DNA of 64,000 nt, taken from positions 96,001 to 160,000 of the forward strand of contig JANNVQ010000054.1 in NCBI GenBank assembly GCA_031414535.1, written 5' to 3'. Under the pieces are notes generated by a model that was not told the origin of the DNA, did not search any database, and saw only the letters and a list, made by a program, of their open reading frames with translations. The first letter of the stretch is position 1. Each line of letters opens with the position of its first letter. Position numbers and translations under genes: made by a program. Source of the stretch: Gemmatimonas sp. Lineage in GTDB: Bacteria > Gemmatimonadota > Gemmatimonadetes > Gemmatimonadales > Gemmatimonadaceae. Positions 1-9,411 of this stretch are shown one piece after another.

Positions 1-2
1 TC

Positions 3-1736
3 GCGTCCGCCCAGCGCGGTTATGTCCTGACGAGCGAACCCGATCAACTCCTGCGCTATGAGTCGGCGCTGAGGGCGTTTCGGTCCGATGCGACGGTGAT
101 TCGGGAGCAGATGCGCCACAACTTAGCCGTACTTAATCGGCTCGAGCGTGTTCAGGAGCAGGCCGTCCGCTACGACACGGAGATTGCCCGGCCAAACTTC
201 GTGGAAGTCCGCTCGAGTGGCCTGCTTGGATTTTCCCCGGGCTCGCCAGGGGCAGCGCGCGTGCGGCGTGGCATCGCACTCATGGAGAGCGTGCGCGTGG
301 AACACGCGCTCATGCTCAGAGAAGTGCGTGAGAACCGAACGCAGCTTGAGGCCGAGATTGAATTGGGGGAAGCCGCCGATGAATGGGAGAGCTTTCTCAT
401 TCGCGCGGCCGCCGTGGCGATTTTCTTTCTCGCCCTCATTCTTGTCATGCGCCTGCTCTCGCGCTCACTTTCCAAAGTGGTCGGAGCGGCCGAGGCGCTT
501 GAGGCAGGCCGCTACGACGAAGCGCGCCTGCCCTACCACCAGCGCGCTCCCAACGCGGAAATGGCGCGACTCGGTCTCACCTTCGACCGACTTGCCATCA
601 GCATTGCCACCCGCGAGCGGCAGCTGCAGGACGACATCGAACAGTTAAAAGATCTCGAACGCCTGAAGACGGACTTCGTCTCGACGGTGAGCCACGAGTT
701 GCGCACGCCACTGACCTCGATGCGCGGGGCGCTCGGGCTACTGCTCGGCGGTGCCGGCGGCGACTTGAGCCCCAAAGGCCGCGAGTTGTTGCGCATCGCG
801 CTCACCAACACCGACCGGCTGATTCGGCTCATCAACGACATTCTCGACATCGAAAAAATTGACGCCGGACACGTGCAGATTCGGCGCGACCGCTTGCTTC
901 TTCGTCCCCTGCTCGAAACGACGCTGGCCGGCCTCGATGGGTATGCCCGCGATGCCGGCGTCACGCTCGAGTTGCGCGACGTCCCCGAGCTGGAGCTTAT
1001 CGGCGACGGTGACCGCCTGATCCAGGTGTTCACGAACCTGATTTCGAATGCTGTGAAGTTCTCGCCGAGGGAAGCGGCTGTGGAGGTGCGGGCACTCGTC
1101 GAAGGCGATGCCGTGCGGGTCTGCGTGCGCGACCACGGCCAAGGCATCCCAGCGGAGTTTGCCTCACGCATCTTCGGGCGCTTCCAGCAGGCTGGCGGTG
1201 CCGCCTCGCGTCGTAGCGGAGGCACGGGCCTCGGGCTCAGCATTGCGAAGGCCATCACAGAACTGCACGGCGGACGCATCGGCTTCGAGAACGCTGAGGG
1301 TGGCGGTACGGTGTTCCAAGTACAACTGCCCATCGCCCCGGCGCCGGAAGGCAATGAGGATGCGCGCCCCGTGCTGCTCATCGTCGAGGACGACGATTCC
1401 ATGCGTACGGTTATGTCCACGCTGTTCGGGCCCTACGCGCATTCGATCACGGTGCCTGATGCCGTCGGTGCCATGAAGGCCTTGAACAAGCACAAGGTGC
1501 GCGTGCTCATCGTGGACCACGGCCTGCCGGGCATGGATGGCCTAGCCTTCTCGCGACGTCTGCGCGCGGACCCGCGGTTCCGCGCCCTGCCCATCATCCT
1601 CTACTCGGCCATCGAGTTCTCGCAAGAGGATCTGCGGGACTCGGGGATTCGCATTGGCGATGCCTTCGTGAAGACCCGGGACTCGGAGCAGTCGCTGCTG
1701 GAGCGGGTGAAACGCGAGATTCAGGGCAGTACCTGA
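3..1736 (+). CDS. Hybrid sensor histidine kinase (CHASE3-TM-HAMP-HisKA-HATPase-REC); 5' end lies outside the window
   Basis: Frame is open from the window edge (ASAQRGYVLT, CHASE3-like). H-box VSHELRTPLTS, N-box NLISNAVKFS, G1 DHGQGI, G2 GGTGLGL, C-terminal receiver (IVEDDD...IVDHGLPGMDG). Confidence 0.9.
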   Translation, partial: ASAQRGYVLTSEPDQLLRYESALRAFRSDATVIREQMRHNLAVLNRLERVQEQAVRYDTEIARPNFVEVRSSGLLGFSPGSPGAARVRRGIALMESVRVEHALMLREVRENRTQLEAEIELGEAADEWESFLIRAAAVAIFFLALILVMRLLSRSLSKVVGAAEALEAGRYDEARLPYHQRAPNAEMARLGLTFDRLAISIATRERQLQDDIEQLKDLERLKTDFVSTVSHELRTPLTSMRGALGLLLGGAGGDLSPKGRELLRIALTNTDRLIRLINDILDIEKIDAGHVQIRRDRLLLRPLLETTLAGLDGYARDAGVTLELRDVPELELIGDGDRLIQVFTNLISNAVKFSPREAAVEVRALVEGDAVRVCVRDHGQGIPAEFASRIFGRFQQAGGAASRRSGGTGLGLSIAKAITELHGGRIGFENAEGGGTVFQVQLPIAPAPEGNEDARPVLLIVEDDDSMRTVMSTLFGPYAHSITVPDAVGAMKALNKHKVRVLIVDHGLPGMDGLAFSRRLRADPRFRALPIILYSAIEFSQEDLRDSGIRIGDAFVKTRDSEQSLLERVKREIQGST

Positions 1737-1757
1737 GGGACGCTCAATCCAAGAAAC

Positions 1758-3191
1758 TCAGCTGGGCTTCTTCGTGCCGAAGCCTTCGCGCGTCATCTTG
1801 CCCCAGCTCTCGACGCCTCGCAGATGCTTCCAGAAGCCCTCAAGGCGGTAGAGCACGGTCATCTGGCGGTAGCCGAGTCCTTCGATGAGGGCAAAGCCGA
1901 TGAGCACCCAAAAGTCGCTGCGTCGCCGGTAGCGCTTGAAGCTGACCTCCTCTAGCACCACGGCCCAGATGGAGAGGATGGTGCCGTAGCCAATGGCCAC
2001 GCCAAAGAAGAGGACGGCGAAGCCAGGGTCCACGGCACCGAGCGCGAGGCCAATGAACAATGCCACCCATCCAATCATTTCCACGACCGGCGCAATCATC
2101 TCACCAAAGACATAAAACGGAACGGCGAGCATGCCGATGCTGCCGTAGCGCGGATTGAACAACATGGTGCGATGCGTCCACATGGTCCCGATGAGTCCGC
2201 GATGCCATCGCTCGCGCTGACGACGCAGCACCAAGGTCGAGGCGGGGACCTCGGTCCACGCCACAGGATCGGGAATGAATGGCATCGTGGCCTTGATCCG
2301 ATTCTCGCGCAGGTACCGATGCAGCCGGACGACGAGGTCCATGTCCTCGGTCACGTTGCCCGTCTTGTAGCCTCCGATGGCGAGCAGGTACTCCTTGCGA
2401 AATAGACCGAAGGCGCCGGAGATGATGAGGTTGCCGCCAAGTTTGTTCCAGCCGAGTCGGCCGAACAGGAAGGCGCGGAGATACTCCACGACCTGACAGC
2501 CCACGAGCCATTGACGTGAGACGCGCGCATCCGTCACGCGTCCCATCTCGACGGTGCACGCGTTGGCCACGCGAATGGTTCCACCCACGGCCGCCACGTT
2601 GCTGCCGAGCAGGAAGGGTCGTGCCAAGCGCATCAAGGCATCGGGCTCAATCAGCGTGTCGGCATCCACCGCGACCACGAAGGGGTGACGCGCCGCATTC
2701 ATAGCCGCGTTGAGCGAGTCGGCCTTGCCCCCATTTTCCTTGTCAATGACGAGCAGCCGCGCGTGGCGGCGCGACCGATAGTACGCGCGCACATCCTTGG
2801 TACGAATGGTCACCGGAAACGCCGGCGGCACTTCGTACAGGTCAAACTCCTTCACAAGCGAGTTCATGGTCCCGTCTTTGGAGCCGTCGTTGACCACGAC
2901 GATTTCCAACTGGGGATACTCCAGCGTGAGGAAGGAGAGCAAGCTGGCCCCGATGGTCACTTCTTCGTTGTACGCTGGTACGAGGAGTGATAGGGGTGGC
3001 AGCGAGTCCGACGACAGCAGGCGCTGGAGATGCTCGTCGGCGGCGAGACGCCAGTGGCTCCAGAGCTCAGGAATGGAGAGCAAGAGCAGCACCGCGTAGC
3101 CCGTGCTCAGGATGAGCAAGTAGACGAGCGCGGTGACGTCGGTCCAGTACAGGACGTTGCGGATGGCTTCGACGATATTGGCGCCGCTCAT
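1758..3191 (-). CDS. Processive family-2 glycosyltransferase (PgaC/IcaA/cellulose-synthase-like membrane synthase)
   Basis: VPAYNEE, VNDGSKD, GGKADSLN, DADT (DxD), TEDMD, QRERW (QxxRW); one N-terminal and several C-terminal TM segments. Confidence 0.9.
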   Translation of the reverse strand: MSGANIVEAIRNVLYWTDVTALVYLLILSTGYAVLLLLSIPELWSHWRLAADEHLQRLLSSDSLPPLSLLVPAYNEEVTIGASLLSFLTLEYPQLEIVVVNDGSKDGTMNSLVKEFDLYEVPPAFPVTIRTKDVRAYYRSRRHARLLVIDKENGGKADSLNAAMNAARHPFVVAVDADTLIEPDALMRLARPFLLGSNVAAVGGTIRVANACTVEMGRVTDARVSRQWLVGCQVVEYLRAFLFGRLGWNKLGGNLIISGAFGLFRKEYLLAIGGYKTGNVTEDMDLVVRLHRYLRENRIKATMPFIPDPVAWTEVPASTLVLRRQRERWHRGLIGTMWTHRTMLFNPRYGSIGMLAVPFYVFGEMIAPVVEMIGWVALFIGLALGAVDPGFAVLFFGVAIGYGTILSIWAVVLEEVSFKRYRRRSDFWVLIGFALIEGLGYRQMTVLYRLEGFWKHLRGVESWGKMTREGFGTKKPS

Positions 3192-4258
3192 CCCTGCCCC
3201 ATCTCAAGAATGGCGCCATCCGAGAGGCCCGAGACCATCGTGGCCATGTCGCGGGCAAATCGATCGTCACCCTCCCGGGCGACGCGCAAGGCGGCACGGC
3301 CACGTTCTCCGAGTTGCGCGAGTGCGAGCGCAGCATGCAGGCGCACTTGCCACACGGGATCCCGTATCAGCGGGGCGAGCAATGGCGTGGCGCCGCTGGC
3401 GCCGAGTTCGCCGAGGGAGCGCGCCGCGGCCGCACGCACGGTCGCGTCGGGGTCGCCCACCAGCTGGGCGAGGGCGCGCGCCGCTTCGGGGCCGGCAAAG
3501 CGTCCAAGCGCACGCGCCACGGTGCGCCGCACGAATGCCGCGGGATGCGCGATGTGCGCGAGTGACGACGCAATCGCGCGCGGATCATCCAACGACGCCG
3601 CGAGCGAGATCCATGCCGCGAGCTCATTGGGTCTGGCCCCGGCGCGAATTCGCTGCGCCAATTGCTCACCCGCGGCTGTCGCGCGCTGACGGAGCACCGT
3701 GGTGAGAAAGTTGCGCGTCACCTTGGGCATGGAGAACAGGTCATCCATCACCTGGCCAAAGAGTGCGGCATCGGCCACGCGCGGGAGTGCCGACACCGCG
3801 GCGATCTGCACGGCCGGATGCTGGTCGCGCAGGAGTTCCCGCACCGCCTCGCTGTCCTTTGACGTCCCGATAATCGAAAGCGCGCGGCCGGCCTCCAGCC
3901 TCCGCCACCAAAAGCGCGACCGCCGACGCTCCACCGCAACGCGCATCCACGGTTCCCCGCGCAATGCGACGGCCAACTCGTTTCGCTGCGACTCCGGAAT
4001 CGTCTGCCGCGCCAGCAACGAGATGTAGCCAACCGCCGTGCCCCGAGGAAGCGCACGCAGTGCGCGCACCACCGGCTCCGGGTGCGCGCCGGCCACAATC
4101 CAGTCGCGCAAGGGACCCTCAAGTGCCGCACGGCCAGCCACGAAGGCCGTGCGCCGCTCGCGATCGTAGCGTCGGCGGACCAAGACAAAACCCAAGAGCA
4201 GCACCAGAAAAATCACCTGGACGATGCCGACGACCGCGAGGATGAAGGCGGCGTTCAC
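3188..4258 (-). CDS. Membrane-anchored HEAT-repeat protein
   Basis: N-terminal TM followed by RRR. Repeats DQHPAVQIAAVSAL, HPAAFVRRTVARAL, DPDATVRAAAARSL, DPVWQVRLHAALAL. Overlaps both neighbours by 4 nt. Confidence 0.85.
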   Translation of the reverse strand: MNAAFILAVVGIVQVIFLVLLLGFVLVRRRYDRERRTAFVAGRAALEGPLRDWIVAGAHPEPVVRALRALPRGTAVGYISLLARQTIPESQRNELAVALRGEPWMRVAVERRRSRFWWRRLEAGRALSIIGTSKDSEAVRELLRDQHPAVQIAAVSALPRVADAALFGQVMDDLFSMPKVTRNFLTTVLRQRATAAGEQLAQRIRAGARPNELAAWISLAASLDDPRAIASSLAHIAHPAAFVRRTVARALGRFAGPEAARALAQLVGDPDATVRAAAARSLGELGASGATPLLAPLIRDPVWQVRLHAALALAQLGERGRAALRVAREGDDRFARDMATMVSGLSDGAILEMGQG

Positions 4259-6177
4259 GCCGCCGGACCTCGCGTGCGCCAGCCCGCAATTTTCGCCATC
4301 AGCACCCGGAGGCTGACCGGTTTGGAGAGATAGTCCAAGGCCCCCGCGCGAATGGCCCGCAGTTGATCCGATTCCGTGGAATGCACCGACACGAACACCA
4401 CGCGGAACACACCAGGACGCTCGACGCGAAGGCGCTCATGCAGTGAGAATCCATCGAGGCCCGGAAGGTCCACATCGAGCAGCACCAGCGGAGAACGGCC
4501 TCGCACGCGCATGCCTCGCAACGCATCGAGCGCCTCGGGGCCATTCTGGTAGCGTGCCCAAGTGAGTCCACGGGCCGCCATGGCGAAGGTCATGAGGTCC
4601 GCGAGCGCGGCATCGTCCTCCACCACAATGACGTCCGGTGCGATGCCCGCGTCCGCGGGGTCCCAGCGGCGTACATAGGCGCCGGTGTCGCGCGCGGCGA
4701 GCCACGCTTCATCGGCAAGGCCCGCTAAGCGGATAGCCGAGGGATCAGCGCCGGGCGAGAGTTCCGCGATGCCAGCGCTCCACGGCACCACATCCACACG
4801 CGACGCTTCGGCGTACTGCTCCAGGCGCGTCAGCGCGACCGCGGCCTTCATCGGGAACAAGAACATCGCCGCCGTCTCATCATGGAAGCCCGCGAGCACC
4901 TGCTCAATGCCGAGGGCCGCGGCGAGCAGGCGCAACTCACGATGCCACAGCGCGGCGCGCTTCACGCCATCGGGTGGGTCAAGCGGTCGTACCACGGCCA
5001 AGGACATCGGGTTCGCGAGCGCTGCAGCGGCCGCCAATGCTTCATCGAAGGCCCGCACGGTGCGCTGGGGCAGCAGCAATCCCGTACCTGGGTGCACCCC
5101 GCTGGAGAGTTGGCGCTGACGCGACACCTCTAGCAGGCGCTCGATGCGCCGCAGGAGTTCCTCCGCCACCACGGGCTTGGACTGAAAGTCGTCGGCGCCC
5201 GCGACGAAGGCCGCGGTACGGGTGTCCACATCGGTGGAGCCAGACACCAGCACGATGGGAAGGTCCCGGTAGCGGTCGTCGCTCCTCAGCTGCTTGGTCA
5301 CCACCAATCCGTTGACGCCTGGCAACTCGATGTCGAGCAGGACCAGACCCGGCCGAACCTCGTCAATGGTGTTGATGATGTCGCGGGCATCGGTGCGGGA
5401 CTCCACAAACATCCCTTGGCGTTCGCACATGGCCCGCAGGAGGTCAATCATCGCGACATCATCGTCCACAATGAGCAGCGAGACGCCGACCAAACCCGTG
5501 TGCGTGGCCAAGGACTCCGCCATCAGCATGATCTCGCGCGGGTCGGTGCTCGCTTCGAGTAGGCGTGAGGACGCCGACCGCGGCGCGACGGCTCCATCTT
5601 TGCCCCGTAGTAGCAGGAGGGGCACACCCTCAGGCACTGAGAGCGCGACGTGGGCGCCCGCGACGACGATGGTGGGTTGCGTTGCTTCGAACACGGCGGC
5701 CACGCCCTGCGCGGTTACCTGCTCCACGGCATAGCCGCGGTGCATGGCCTCGGCCACGATGCCCGGTGCGACCTCTTCTGATACCTCCACGAGCAGCAGG
5801 CGCTGCTCCGGAACCTCGCCAGCGGGCGCAGGTGTTTCGGCGCCCTCGGGACGCAGCGAAGCACCAAGCGCGCGTACAAACTGGCGCACGATTCCAGCGC
5901 GCCGATCGTGGTCCATAGATGCATCCGCTGCCCAACGCACGGCGACCGGCTCCAAGGCGCCGGCCAAACGGCTCGCTTCGTGAAATCCATATGACCCGGC
6001 GGTGCCGTGCACGCGATGCAGCTCACGGCGAAGCGCATCCACGACCTCGGGAGCGGCCGGGTCTCGACTCAACTGCTCGGCGAGTTGGGAAAAGGCCGTC
6101 AGCGTGTTGCCACTCGAGGCCAGATACTTCTCACGGAGTTGTTTGAGGACTGCCGAGAGATCTGCCGGGCCGACCAT
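4255..6177 (-). CDS. Multidomain phosphorelay protein: Hpt - pseudo-REC - REC - degenerate GGDEF - REC
   Basis: Hpt LHRVHGTAGSYGF; REC IVDDD/LLDIELPG/SKP; GGDEF remnants HPGTGL...FHDET...SAGIA...ADEAWLAARDTG; terminal REC VVEDD/LLDVDLPG/SKP. Start moved to ATG 6177 because the track extension overlaps the opposite-strand REC gene. Confidence 0.8.
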   Translation of the reverse strand: MVGPADLSAVLKQLREKYLASSGNTLTAFSQLAEQLSRDPAAPEVVDALRRELHRVHGTAGSYGFHEASRLAGALEPVAVRWAADASMDHDRRAGIVRQFVRALGASLRPEGAETPAPAGEVPEQRLLLVEVSEEVAPGIVAEAMHRGYAVEQVTAQGVAAVFEATQPTIVVAGAHVALSVPEGVPLLLLRGKDGAVAPRSASSRLLEASTDPREIMLMAESLATHTGLVGVSLLIVDDDVAMIDLLRAMCERQGMFVESRTDARDIINTIDEVRPGLVLLDIELPGVNGLVVTKQLRSDDRYRDLPIVLVSGSTDVDTRTAAFVAGADDFQSKPVVAEELLRRIERLLEVSRQRQLSSGVHPGTGLLLPQRTVRAFDEALAAAAALANPMSLAVVRPLDPPDGVKRAALWHRELRLLAAALGIEQVLAGFHDETAAMFLFPMKAAVALTRLEQYAEASRVDVVPWSAGIAELSPGADPSAIRLAGLADEAWLAARDTGAYVRRWDPADAGIAPDVIVVEDDAALADLMTFAMAARGLTWARYQNGPEALDALRGMRVRGRSPLVLLDVDLPGLDGFSLHERLRVERPGVFRVVFVSVHSTESDQLRAIRAGALDYLSKPVSLRVLMAKIAGWRTRGPAA

Positions 6178-6210
6178 AGCGAAGCAAAGGGTTAGAGGGA
6201 CAGCGCCGTC

Positions 6211-6216
6211 TATAAT
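6211..6216 (+). promoter_or_regulatory. Possible sigma70 -10 box in the divergent intergenic region
   Basis: Exact TATAAT in GC-rich DNA, 110 nt upstream of the 6326 start; no clear -35. Confidence 0.35.
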
Positions 6217-6325
6217 GCAGGAAGTATCGCCCGCTCTCGGCCCGCCGGACACCCCCACTGTCAGAAAGAAACGCAAAGTGAATCCAGCCGTTGCCCCACC
6301 CGACGCGGCCCCACACTTTTCGTAG

Positions 6326-6691
6326 ATGAAACTGCTCTGCGCCGACGACGAACCCGACATCCGCATCATTCTGGAACTGGCACTCGGCCTTGAGCCAAGA
6401 ATCCACGCCGAAGTCCTCGCCTCTGGCATCGAGTTGCTGGAAAAGGTGAAGAACTTCAAGCCGGACGCTATTCTGCTCGACGCGATGATGCCCGACGTGG
6501 ACGGATACGAGACGTGTCGGCGCTTGAAGGCGGATCCCGAGACGGCGGCCATACCCGTGGTGTTTCTCACGGCTCGGGCGCAACGCGGCGAGCAGGACAC
6601 CGCCATCGAGGTTGGTGCGGTGGCCTGCATGACCAAGCCGTTTGATCCACTCACGCTTGCCGGCGAGTTACTAGTCACGCTCGGCCGCTGA
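6326..6691 (+). CDS. Single-domain CheY-like response regulator
   Basis: ADDEPD, LLDAMMPDVDG, FLTA, TKPFD; 121 aa. Confidence 0.92.
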   Translation: MKLLCADDEPDIRIILELALGLEPRIHAEVLASGIELLEKVKNFKPDAILLDAMMPDVDGYETCRRLKADPETAAIPVVFLTARAQRGEQDTAIEVGAVACMTKPFDPLTLAGELLVTLGR

Positions 6692-6741
6692 GCTGACCCG
6701 TTGTGATCACTGCGCGGCGCATTTCAGGGCAGGTTTGGATT

Positions 6742-9411
6742 ATGCGAACTGCCACGCTCGCGCTGGGTGCTTGCGTATGCGTCAGCGCTGTGCTTGGCGC
6801 CCAGCAGCCGGCCTCCTCCACACGCTGCGACATCAGCACTGCCAACGCGGCGATTGACGCCGGCTGGGAGGCGTGGCGCCTCAACAACATTGCGAGGGCC
6901 GATTCCCTTTTTCGCCGTGGGGTCATTGCCTGCCGGGAGGCGAGGCGCGGCTGGACTGGTCTGGGTTATGTGGCCCTCCGTCGTGACTTACTTCCGCTCT
7001 CGGTAGCGCGCTTCGACACAGCCTTCGCCGTCGACAGCACCCGCGACGCAGACGAAGCCATTGGCCTCGGCCTCGCGACCTTCCGTTTAGGCAACTTCGC
7101 GCGCGCGCGTGCAGCGTTTCTTCTCGCGGATTCGCTTGCACCGGGAGATGCACTCGTTGCCGACTACCTGCGACGCCTCCCCGCCCCCGTTGATGCGGCG
7201 GCCCTGCCGACGCGCCCGCGACCCACGGAGCGCGTGATTGCCGCGCGGACGGGCAAGCGCATACTCGAAGTCCCCGATGGCCGCGGTGGATGGCGGCCAT
7301 TGTGGGTGAAGGCCGTGAACCTCGGCGCCGCACTTCCCGGTAAACATCCCAGCGAGTTTCCACCGGATGATGGCACATACGAGGGCTGGATTCGCGACAT
7401 CGCTGAGATGGGCGCCAACAGCGTTCGCGTCTATACCATTCATCCACCGCACTTCTACCGTGCGCTACGCGAGTGGAACACCACGCGCCCGGATTCCACG
7501 CTCTGGTTGATTCACGGGGTGTGGACGGAGCTTCCTCCGGGAGTGAAGGAAGAGCGCTACGATGATGTCAGGTGGAACGCCGCGTTCTTAGCGGAGATGC
7601 AACGCGTTGTTGATCTCCTGCACGGCCACGCCGCTATCGCGCCGCGTCCTGGGCATGCCAGCGGGATGTACACGGCAGACGTGTCGAGTTGGACCATTGG
7701 CTACATCCTCGGGCGCGAGTGGGAGCCTTACTCCGTACAGGCTTACGCCGCCCTGCATCCGACGCGTCGCACGTTTGCCGGCCGCTACGTGCAGCTACAG
7801 AATGGCAATGCCGTGGACGTCTGGCTCGCTCAGGTCGCAGATTCTACCATCAGCTACGAGATGGCGCGCTGGAATACACAGCGCCCGATGGCCTACACCA
7901 ATTGGCCGACGCTCGATCCGCTGCGGCATCCAACTGAGACCTCGCGCGCCGAGGAAGCCGCGTGGCTCCAGCGTCGTCGTGAACGCGTACCAGAAGTTTC
8001 TAAGGAATACGACAACGACGTCATCGCACTCGACGCCACGTTGATGCGCAGCACCGCGGCGTTTCCTGCGGGACTCTTCGCATCGTTCCATGCGTATCCG
8101 TACTACCCAGAGTTCATGGTGCTTGATTCGGCGTACGCATCAGCTCGTTCTCCCGAGGGACCAAGCGCCTACTTTGGCTACCTGCAGGAGTTGGTGGCAT
8201 ATCACGGCGACATGCCCGTGATCATCTCGGAGTACGGTGTGCCGAGCTCGCGCGGCAACGCGCACTTGCAACCGCAGGGCTGGCATCACGGCGGGCACGA
8301 TGAACAGGCGCAGGCGGCCATCAATGCAAGGCTCACGCGAGACATCGCCGCGAGTGGTGCAGCCGGTGCAGGATTATTTGCCCTGATTGACGAGTGGTTC
8401 AAGAAGAACTGGCTGGTGATTGACTTTGAGCGCCCAGCTGAACGGAATCGTCTGTGGCTCAACGCGCTCGACGCCGAGCAGAACTACGGCGTGATTGCGC
8501 TGCGGGCGGGGCGCCGCGACTCCGCGATTGTCATTGATGGTCGCGGTGACGATTGGCGCGGACGTACGCCGATGTACCAGCAATCCGCCGACGCAGCGGC
8601 CACCTCAGATGCGCAGCGCGTGGAGGCCTTCTGGGTGCATTCCGATGAGGCCTACGTGTACCTGCGCGTAGATATGGGGCGCGTCGACTGGACGAGCACG
8701 CGAGTACTCGTGGGCATCGACACCTATCAGGCCTCACTCGGCGACACGCAGTTGCCGCGCGGCGGGAGCCGCGCGCCGGTAGGCATGGAATTTGTGCTCG
8801 ACCTTGGGGGGCCCAGCGACGCACGTCTCTTAGTGGACCGCGCGTACAACCTGTATCGCGCGGCGCCAATCGTCGGCACGCGGCCTCTGCGCACGCAGTC
8901 GGTGTACAACCGACCATTCCGTAGCCGCGCCAATACCGATGGGCTCTACGACACGCTCTGGGTCACGCCGAACCGCCGCACCTTTGGGCGCGACGGCCGC
9001 GTGTATGAAGCGCAGCGTCTAGAACGCAACCTGCTGCGGCACGCCCGGCAGCAGGAGACCACGCTGGCCGACTGGTACGCGGATTCGGCCACCGGTGTGA
9101 TTGAGATCCGGCTGCCCTGGGGGATGCTGCATGTCACCGATCCGTCGTCGCATCAAGTGCTGTTTGGTCTCGATGGCACGTACCCGGCGTCCGTGACGAC
9201 AGACGGGTTTCGATTCGTGGTGCAGGCAGTCGATAAGGCAACGCAGCAGCCGCAAGCATCGCTCCCGAGCGCAGCGGCCGGATTCGCCACACCGCCGCTA
9301 TGGCGATGGGCCGGCTGGGAGGAGCCGCGTTGGTACGCGGAGCGGAAGCCAGTGTTTGATGCGATGCGCGAAACCTTCCGTGCTATTCCCGACGCGGGAA
9401 TCCCGCGCTAA
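6742..9411 (+). CDS. Secreted TPR + clan GH-A TIM-barrel glycoside hydrolase/transglycosylase + C-terminal carbohydrate-binding (CBM9/DOMON-like) domain
   Basis: Signal peptide; TPR helices; KAVNLG, MGANSVRVYT, LGREWEP (candidate acid/base Glu), ISEYGVP (candidate nucleophile), DEWFK...EQNYG; IDGRGDDW...DEAYVYLRVD. Confidence 0.7.
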   Translation: MRTATLALGACVCVSAVLGAQQPASSTRCDISTANAAIDAGWEAWRLNNIARADSLFRRGVIACREARRGWTGLGYVALRRDLLPLSVARFDTAFAVDSTRDADEAIGLGLATFRLGNFARARAAFLLADSLAPGDALVADYLRRLPAPVDAAALPTRPRPTERVIAARTGKRILEVPDGRGGWRPLWVKAVNLGAALPGKHPSEFPPDDGTYEGWIRDIAEMGANSVRVYTIHPPHFYRALREWNTTRPDSTLWLIHGVWTELPPGVKEERYDDVRWNAAFLAEMQRVVDLLHGHAAIAPRPGHASGMYTADVSSWTIGYILGREWEPYSVQAYAALHPTRRTFAGRYVQLQNGNAVDVWLAQVADSTISYEMARWNTQRPMAYTNWPTLDPLRHPTETSRAEEAAWLQRRRERVPEVSKEYDNDVIALDATLMRSTAAFPAGLFASFHAYPYYPEFMVLDSAYASARSPEGPSAYFGYLQELVAYHGDMPVIISEYGVPSSRGNAHLQPQGWHHGGHDEQAQAAINARLTRDIAASGAAGAGLFALIDEWFKKNWLVIDFERPAERNRLWLNALDAEQNYGVIALRAGRRDSAIVIDGRGDDWRGRTPMYQQSADAAATSDAQRVEAFWVHSDEAYVYLRVDMGRVDWTSTRVLVGIDTYQASLGDTQLPRGGSRAPVGMEFVLDLGGPSDARLLVDRAYNLYRAAPIVGTRPLRTQSVYNRPFRSRANTDGLYDTLWVTPNRRTFGRDGRVYEAQRLERNLLRHARQQETTLADWYADSATGVIEIRLPWGMLHVTDPSSHQVLFGLDGTYPASVTTDGFRFVVQAVDKATQQPQASLPSAAAGFATPPLWRWAGWEEPRWYAERKPVFDAMRETFRAIPDAGIPR

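Noticed and set aside
6178..6678. N-terminal extension of the 807-aa ORF
   Set aside because: Antisense to the clear REC gene at 6326-6691; the Hpt domain starts at ATG 6177.
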